Translations under genes and position numbers: made by a program
The notes under the pieces: model-generated
Told to the model about the DNA's origin: nothing
Databases searched by the model: none
The model's input: only the letters and a program-made list of their open reading frames with translations
Shown here: in pieces, positions 56,659 through 64,000 of the stretch
How positions within the stretch are numbered: the stretch's first letter is position 1
Layout of the letters: every line of letters begins with the position of its first letter
Source: Amphiscolops sp. MND2022
Taxonomy: Eukaryota
DNA length: 64,000 bases
Direction of reading: 5' to 3'
Assembly: GCA_964187785.1 (NCBI GenBank)
Contig: OZ076418.1
Location: 36,394,001-36,458,000 of the forward strand

Positions 56659-59600
56659 CCCTGGTTGAAACTGCTTAAACTTTTTGCAAGTTTTTTCCAG
56701 GATCTCCACTCTTTTTTAATTGATTTTATAAAATTCTCACGGAAACTTCCATGCATTAAAAATCAATGTTTTTAAAATCCATATCAATCTGTTTAGAAGT
56801 TGCATTCTAAGTTCGGGGAACTCGAGTACATGTACTTGACAGAGCTCTCACTCCAAAACCGTATGTACCTTTTCTCAACGTAATTTAAGAATTTTCGCGT
56901 TGTCAAGTTTTCCAAGCAAAACGTATCGTTAAGTCGTAAAAACGAGCTGTAAACGAGTCATAAAATTTCATGGAAATTTTTCCGACTTATATGCTTATAT
57001 AAGTCCAAACATTTTGGAGTCCTTTAGAAAATAGTAAGTGTTCTAGATCATTAGTCATGACAAAAGGTCTTTTGTTAAAACATGAAGACATAATTACATC
57101 GCAGGAGCTGATAACAAGAAGCTGAGAAACATAGAACTCAAGTTCAGTCCAGGACTGTAGAAAACTGAACTGTAAACGAGGCCGTGACGTCATCGAGTGA
57201 GCTTTCGAAGACTCTTTCCATTTTCTGTAAGTGCAATTAGCAAAGAAAAACACAATAAAACACAAACGTTGAAAAGTTGGGTTGATGAGTTTTTCAACTT
57301 GCGTTTGTTCCACTTTCACATCGAAAGATAAAGTATCCGGTTGAAAATTGATATGAGAGGTTCATTCAATTACCACGTGAAGCAGGATTCGAAGACAATA
57401 ATGACTTTCAGATTTCTTTTTAAGCATAGCCTGAAATCAGATCTTGAAAAATTGATTGTATAAAACGAAGGAATAGAGATGCCAAAGTTTGCATCGAATA
57501 GTACAAGTGTTGATTAGGTTTGATAATCGAGTGGAAAGAAACTGTAAGAGAATGCTTTTTCAGCGCCTGATTCAAAATATGAGCGGAAATGTCAACATCA
57601 GATTTCGACCTCATCTATAGATTCTGGTACTCATCGGGACACGACTCATCGACGAAGTAATTTGTGAAAAATTAGGATGTATTTTGATGTTGCCACTAAA
57701 AGGTTTAGGTTGTTTTGATAGAAAGTCATTTGGACTTCTTAATTTATAAACTCTTCGGGTTTTTCATCGCCAAACTTTTGGAAAATTTTCATACAGATTT
57801 CCGACTTTCAATTGGGTGACTATTGATTATGAATCAGGCCTAATAACATGTATGAGATCAATAGTTGCCAAATTCCGTTCACATAGGGTGTTTTTAGTCG
57901 GCGCTTTTCGTGAAACCGAAAATGCCCGACTATTACAGTGAACATTTTTCTCCAAACCACGGACCTCACACTGAAAGGTCCACTTTTCATAGAACTTCAC
58001 TATGCCTTCCTACCTTACTAGAAAGCAATCTCGGATCCTTCTAAAGGATAGTATTTCTGGTTACTATAGTTAATAAAGCTTTTGTCGTTAGTGGACAACT
58101 TAGAAGATTTGATTTTACTGATTATTCGACAATTTGAGATTTTTTGGAATGTTTTTGGTTTTCAAAGGGTCTTCTCTTTTGTTATTTTGATTTTCTGCAA
58201 CCAACTGGATGATTAAAAAGCCAAAAAGGCCCATTCTTTTTCGCCACGGTTATACTGTTTGAAAATCCTCAAGTTTCGTCCAAAATTGGTGTTTTCTCAA
58301 CATATATCGACTTTAAAGTTTCAATACCATCGGAATTCTTGATGTTATATCCAAAGTAAATTGCGTTGTACTAAGGAGAAGGCAACACATGAACAAGCAC
58401 TCCCATTTGTCCCAGCACAATTTATCCGAACATTTGGATCGTATTCCGAACATGAAAGGCACTCTTTGGGTGTTTCGAAACTTTTTGTGAGTTTTCCATT
58501 TAAAAAACGTACTGAGCTTATTGTAGAAACTTTGCGCTTTTGGAGCGTTAAGCACAGTGCCCACCACCTCAGACGTTCATGTCTTATATAAATTTCAGCA
58601 GCGTATATACCGAAAAGAGCAGAGTCTGGGAAAAGTCACTGCTAATAATACCAAGGTCTTTTTTTTCAACGGGTTGTTCGAAATCTTTTCGCTTTACCAT
58701 TTTTGCCGGAATGTTTCAGAGAAGTTTTCGAAAGTTTCCTATTCTCGACTCAGGTTCGAACGTATGAACTCGAGAGCCAACATTGATGGGTCTTTTCAAT
58801 TATATTATTCGCCAGTGGATTCGAGGAACCCATTTTGAGTTGTTAAATGTCTATGATAGACCTAAAAATAGGAGAACAAAAATGTAAACGAATCGTGGAA
58901 TGACAACTGGACACGTCGGCTTAGAAAGTCAAGCAAAATTTTGTGGGGAGTAATAAAGGGCTGAAAGTTCAAGGAAAACACCAAAAAAATCAATTTTTGT
59001 TCACCGTCGGTCAATTTAGCTTTCGTTTAATTGAGCGTTCGGCCAATTGAACGGCCTGAAGATGATCTTTTCGACGACAATCAACCACATCCAGTTATGT
59101 CGGTCAACTTCACAGCTATTCAGTTGGTCCGTCGGTGTCAATTGCTATGCAAAGCCCTTTAAGAATTTTAGTTAGATAACAGCCTTCTTGTCAGCCTAAA
59201 GGGCCCCTTCAGGTTTTGGAACTGTAATTTTTCTTTCGAATTTTTTTTTGAAAACCGCCACTGGGCATATTCAAAAGGCTTTGTACTTTTTGAGCTTCAA
59301 GCGAAGTGCCGACTTGAGACGTTTTTTTTTCTGTTGATTCTTTTATTCATCCATTCTTAACCTCTTTGACTGAAAACGGTTCTGAATTCACAATGTCAGC
59401 GATCTTGAGGTCATTGCATTTTTTCGATGTTCTCCATGGCTAACTTCAGCTGGTCTCAGTTGCCATAAATGTTCAGCTACAGTGCTTATTGAAAAAGAAA
59501 GTCATCCATTTCACTTATAAGATATCGTTTCATCTTGGACGAGCGTAAATGACCTCCTTGGTATAATTCCTACGCCATTTGTTTTCAATATCAACGGACT

Positions 59601-61532
59601 TTTTATGTAGTTTGAAAGGATTTGACTTTCTTTTCGATATGATTTTTTCCATCATTTTTGAGCAACCTCAGAACCAATGAGCCAAAAAAACTTATTTCTT
59701 CTGGCCAATGTTATGTTGAGATTTGGAAGTTTGATACATTTTAATTACCTAAACAGAAAGCAAATGAGATAAACTACTAAAAAACTCGCAAATCATTATA
59801 CTGGTTATTGGATCGCGAAAAATTGGAATCTACATATCGTTGAAAATTGATTTTCCTTTTAAAAACATCTCTCTTTTCATTTCCCCAAAACTTTACAGAC
59901 AAGATAAGATTATCTTTCGCCGTCGAGTAAAAATGGAAGAAAGCCGCATGCAACTTAAATTAGCTATTTCCACTGAATCTATTTCATCAACATTTTTCTT
60001 CTTGACCTAATCAATTTGTTAATCTCAATAATAATCTCAGATAAAGTAACTTCAGCGACTTTCAATTAAAATCTGCGTCATTTGAGAATTCAGCGACCCA
60101 AAACAGAAGCGAAAATAATCCTTTGCTGACAAAAGTCCTCCGGCAATTTTGTATTTATTTAATGGAAAACAACGACTTGTATAAATTAAAAATCATGGAG
60201 TCGTATTCAGATGAAAATCGTGCGAGGAACTGAATTTTTAGACACAAAAAGCGAAGCGTTTTTATGCCCTTGTGTTGTACCAATTTAAAGTGTTGTTTTA
60301 TTCATGTCTTTTGCTTAATTTCTGTTTTTTTTGCCACCTAACTAGCGCCTAAAAACTGTGCTTATGCAAAAACTGTTTGAAAAAGTAGTAATTCAGATGT
60401 CGTGATTGTGGAAAAAATTCATCACTGCAGACTTGCGCTTTGAAAAAACCCAGATTTTAAAAAAATCAACAGCAATAGATGAGTCACAACAAAAACAACA
60501 AGACAAGAACGACCCAAGTTGGCGTCTAGGCTGAAATTACAGCTTAATGGGAGACTGTTTTTGAAAAAAACGACCAACATTTTTTATTTGTGATTACATA
60601 ATTTAGCATTTTTACACGTTTTTCAAGATGCCAAGCACAATGATCATGATTTTATAACACAATGATAGAAACTTTTGGGCCGAAAATTTACATAATTTAA
60701 TTTTATCACTTTGTTTCGAAAAAAACACTAGAATCGGCACCACTGAAGCCGTGCCGCAAGTTATGCAAATTTTAAAACGCATGACTTTCAAGTTTGGTTC
60801 CAGCAAATACCTAATCAATTTAAATTCTAATTTTCCTGCAAAAAAGTTCAGTCATTTCATAAGCTGCAATTTAGCATCACATTCAGCGTGCAAGTTGAAT
60901 ATTGAGTATAAATTTGAGAACGAATAATGTGAAAAAAAAATAATTGAGTCGGTCTCTAAATGGAGGTTTTCCAGTTTTAAGCAGAATAGCGGAAACTGCT
61001 GTGTAATCTGGCAAAGTCTTCTCAAGACTAATTAGTCTTGGAGCTATAACCAGCTAACTTGGAAATAGTTTGACAATGTTGATGAATTTCTTTGATGGTC
61101 GATTTTGTCACTTGTAGGTTTTGAAAAGCCGAATACTTAACTTTAATGTTTCACTTCTTCAAAAGTATTTTGGTTCTGAATTAATTCATTTCATTTATCC
61201 ATTGCCCTTTTTGTTTCTCTAGTTTCAGTGCTAGCAACAAAAGTAGCATCAAGTGAGGAAAGCCAGCGGATTGTCTCGACTTTTTGCTCAATGAACTTCC
61301 TTGAAGACCGCTTGCAGATATTTCAAAAATTTCAAAGGTTGCAGGGACTTTTTTTCAAAGTTGCAGGGACTTTTTTTCAAGGTGCAGTGAAAAACATCGA
61401 AGATTTTCTAAGATGCAGGGAAGTTTTACAAGAATTTTCCCTGCGCGCAGTCAGAATTTTCTAGGTTTTATCAAAAATTTCCCTGCATGCAGGCCTGCAG
61501 CAAGTAAAAAGTTCAAGCAGTCTCGACTAGGG
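56659..61532. mobile_element. Possible decayed TA-flanked TIR DNA transposon (4.9 kb), or two separate MITE ends
   Basis: TA|CCCTGGTTGAAACTGCTTAAACTTTTT ... AAAAAGTTCAAGCAGTCTCGACTAGGG|TA (27 bp, 4 mismatches). No intact transposase inside. Confidence 0.3.
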
Positions 61533-62599
61533 TATTCAGCTTTTCAAAACCTTCAAGTGACAAAATTGTCCAAAAACAATTTTATCAACACTGTCAAACT
61601 ATTTCCAAGTAAGTTGGTTATTACTCCAAAGGGTTCCCTCGGGGTCCAGATAGCCTGCAAATTTGGGGTGGGTATTTTGGGTAGTTCTACTTTGATTACA
61701 TCCACAAAAAATTCACATGGATCAACGTCGAGTTGAACCTACAATATATCAGTCAGGAATCTACAACACCTACAATACAATATATACAATACACTTCGTC
61801 TTTGAAAATTAAGTGGATTTGGAAAGAAGATAAAGTAGTTGATATAGTTGGTGAGTTATTAAATTGGTAATGTGGTTTCAACGAAGCCTTTCTGACTGAA
61901 AAACATGCCAAATTCCAAATCAAAAATAAAAGTTTCAGAAATTTTAAACAAATTCCGGTCAAATGTCACTATATCCTCTGCTACTACTTTGTTGGAAAAC
62001 TTAATGGCTATCTATTGACTTTATGAGAGCCCACCATGGACTTCATTTTTTCTAATTATGTTATTGTTAGGCAATTGTTGAGCTTGAAGTCTAAAAAATC
62101 AAAGCACATATCCTTTTGATCTTTTCTTTTGAGAAAACATCATAGCTCAAAAAGCAGTTCACGGTCAAGCGGTGTGATAACTAGCTGCAATACTTAGGGA
62201 GAAATTGGTTCTAGGAGAAAAAATAAAACCAGCAGCATTTGAAGCAATCTTAAAACCTTCAATTTCGGAGAAAAGTCATAAAAGATTTAACGACTAACGT
62301 TTGTGCTTTACAAAAAAAAACAAAACTGCAAGTCTTCCGATTTAATACGCGCTCTGGAAATCCAGATGCAGTTGATGCAGACAGCAAAACTATCAGAGAA
62401 ACGCAGTTAATAGCTTTTTTAAGAGTTCTTGAGTTGTTTCAAATGAAAACAAAGAAGCAGAAATTTTACACCGCAGGGAAAAATTTTCCAGTGATTCTCG
62501 TAAGTCCTTTGTCTTCAAGACAGTTTCACAAAGATTAAAACAGGGCGCAGAATCCTGGTTCAAAAGTTTGGAACGTTTTTTTGCTGAACCAACGTAACA

Positions 62600-63270
62600 A
62601 ACCGAAAATGTTTGAAAAAATCAAACAGTAGGCCAAAGATATGCTGCCTTTCCCAATCCCTCTGGTCGCTCTGAAGTGTTACGAGATCCCTATCAAAACA
62701 CGCGTATAATCTCACGAGCCAATGTGCACAATTTGCAGACCAGAAACAATCACACCAGAAACTGCAAAAGATCCCCTTCAGCTCTTGGAATGAATCCGTG
62801 GAAGAACACCACCTGACCCTAGAAAACATAGGACAATCAATTAGTGAACCAGATGTTTTCCTGGTTAATCTCCACATCGGAGAATTCCCGCCGAAACAAC
62901 AAAATTCGGGGACAAATTCACTACCGGAGCACAGCCCTGGTCCCAAGAGGACCTCAAGAGGGATGTGGAAGCAAAATGCCAAGCTCGTGAAGCGGCTATT
63001 CTCTCAACACCAACCATTGAAACCCAACCCCGTTTCACAACCCTTCAAAACAGACAACAACAGCATTCAACACAGTGCTAAAACGACACTGATGTCTAAA
63101 CATGCAAAAATCAAATGTGAGTAGTACAATGGAGCTCACAAAATCAATCGTTGCCCGAAATTCAATGTCACTGTTCCCAATGGAGCAAAACTAGCCAAAA
63201 GTAAAAATTGCTCCAGTTGCTCGAAAGGGAATCATCCGTAAATAAGAATGCACAACTTCCTTGATCGTTG
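62600..63270 (+). pseudogene. Probable degenerate BEL/Pao gag fragment
   Basis: After the 108-aa ORF the frame reads KCE*YNGAHKINRCPKF, and nearby CSSCSKGNHP. This resembles the tandem Cys/His knuckles of BEL/Pao Gag. Confidence 0.4.
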
Positions 63271-64000
63271 ACTAATGATCCGAACAATGACTAACGTTGA
63301 CTAACGGTTCCACAATGCCGACTAAACCTCAAAGGTGGGACCCTTTAGTCTCGCCCGGTATCGTTTTTTACGCAGAAAAAAAGGAAAAACTTTTTTGGTT
63401 CAGTTCTATTTTACTCATCCATGGTACTTCTCTTAGACACTTCTTCTTGCTTCCCTTGTTTTGCTTTACGTGCAGTGTCTCTCGGCGCTTTGGGTTTCTT
63501 CTTTGGTCCTAGAGAGCCTTTTTGATTACTTGTCTTTTCAATTATTCCTAAAATAATCTTAGTATACTTTTCATATAGCAAAAAATTTCTGTTCTTTTCA
63601 GAATTTTGACACAGATGTTACTCTGTCTCTTTTGCTTTTGGCGGAACCAAGAATTAAACCCATTCAAGAGGCCTAAATGTTCACACTGATTAGTCAAAAA
63701 ACTCTCAACAATCGAAACTTTTGTTGACTTGTCTGTCTCCCTTTTTGATTTTGTTCACAGTTTCTCAGTTTCGGTCACAATTTGGTCACGTTTTATCAAG
63801 CCAAAGCAACTTATTATCTCCATGATGCCTCAGTTTTTGGTGATTTGGCTACTTGTCTCTCAGGTGGCATTCTAAACAATACAACACGCCCACTATGCAC
63901 CCGGATATTTTCCGCCTTCAATTGACTAACAAAAGACGCTTTTGAATCGAAAATTTACCTCCTCGGCAAAACGCAATTTACTTCGGATATAACGTCAAAA

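Noticed and set aside
56183-56668. 161-aa ORF as an independent gene
   Set aside because: It is the LTR-borne gag N-terminus reading into flanking DNA.
57000-60300. Host gene or transposase remnants
   Set aside because: The DNA looks vaguely like decayed coding sequence, but no ORF exceeds ~110 aa and I recognise no diagnostic motif.

Overview
Eukaryotic, animal-like, repeat-dominated DNA. I see no host gene, rRNA, tRNA or CRISPR array. Coordinates were counted by eye and approximate ones are marked ~. (1) Bases 1 to ~37,970 are a head-to-tail array of at least 18 heterogeneous, mostly non-coding units from five related families (A-E). All are joined without target-site duplication at the same CTRG|GTG junction. 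Each unit begins with two sequence-variable but structurally conserved hairpins followed by a shared ~46-nt core. The 11 A/B/C units are all 1,036-1,073 bp and carry a GC-GNA-GC mini-hairpin about 225-250 nt from the 3' end. One unit (12,491-25,943) looks autonomous: it encodes an intact 2,411-aa Helitron-type Rep(HUH)-PIF1 helicase with a C-terminal GIY-YIG nuclease, plus an SGNH-like ORF and a Cys-rich ORF. My best candidate for an undescribed system is a rolling-circle transposon family that inserts at its own head-tail junction, building a shuffled, integron-like cassette array around its helper element. This is inference. (2) Bases 40,844-56,525 are a young full-length Ty3/Gypsy element: 2,059-bp near-identical LTRs, CTATC TSD, gag starting inside the LTR, a -1 slippery site, and pol broken by one stop. 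It carries a predicted five-exon antisense gene resembling a hAT transposase. (3) The remainder holds a 172-bp tandem repeat, CCCT-ended TIR elements and a probable BEL/Pao gag relic.
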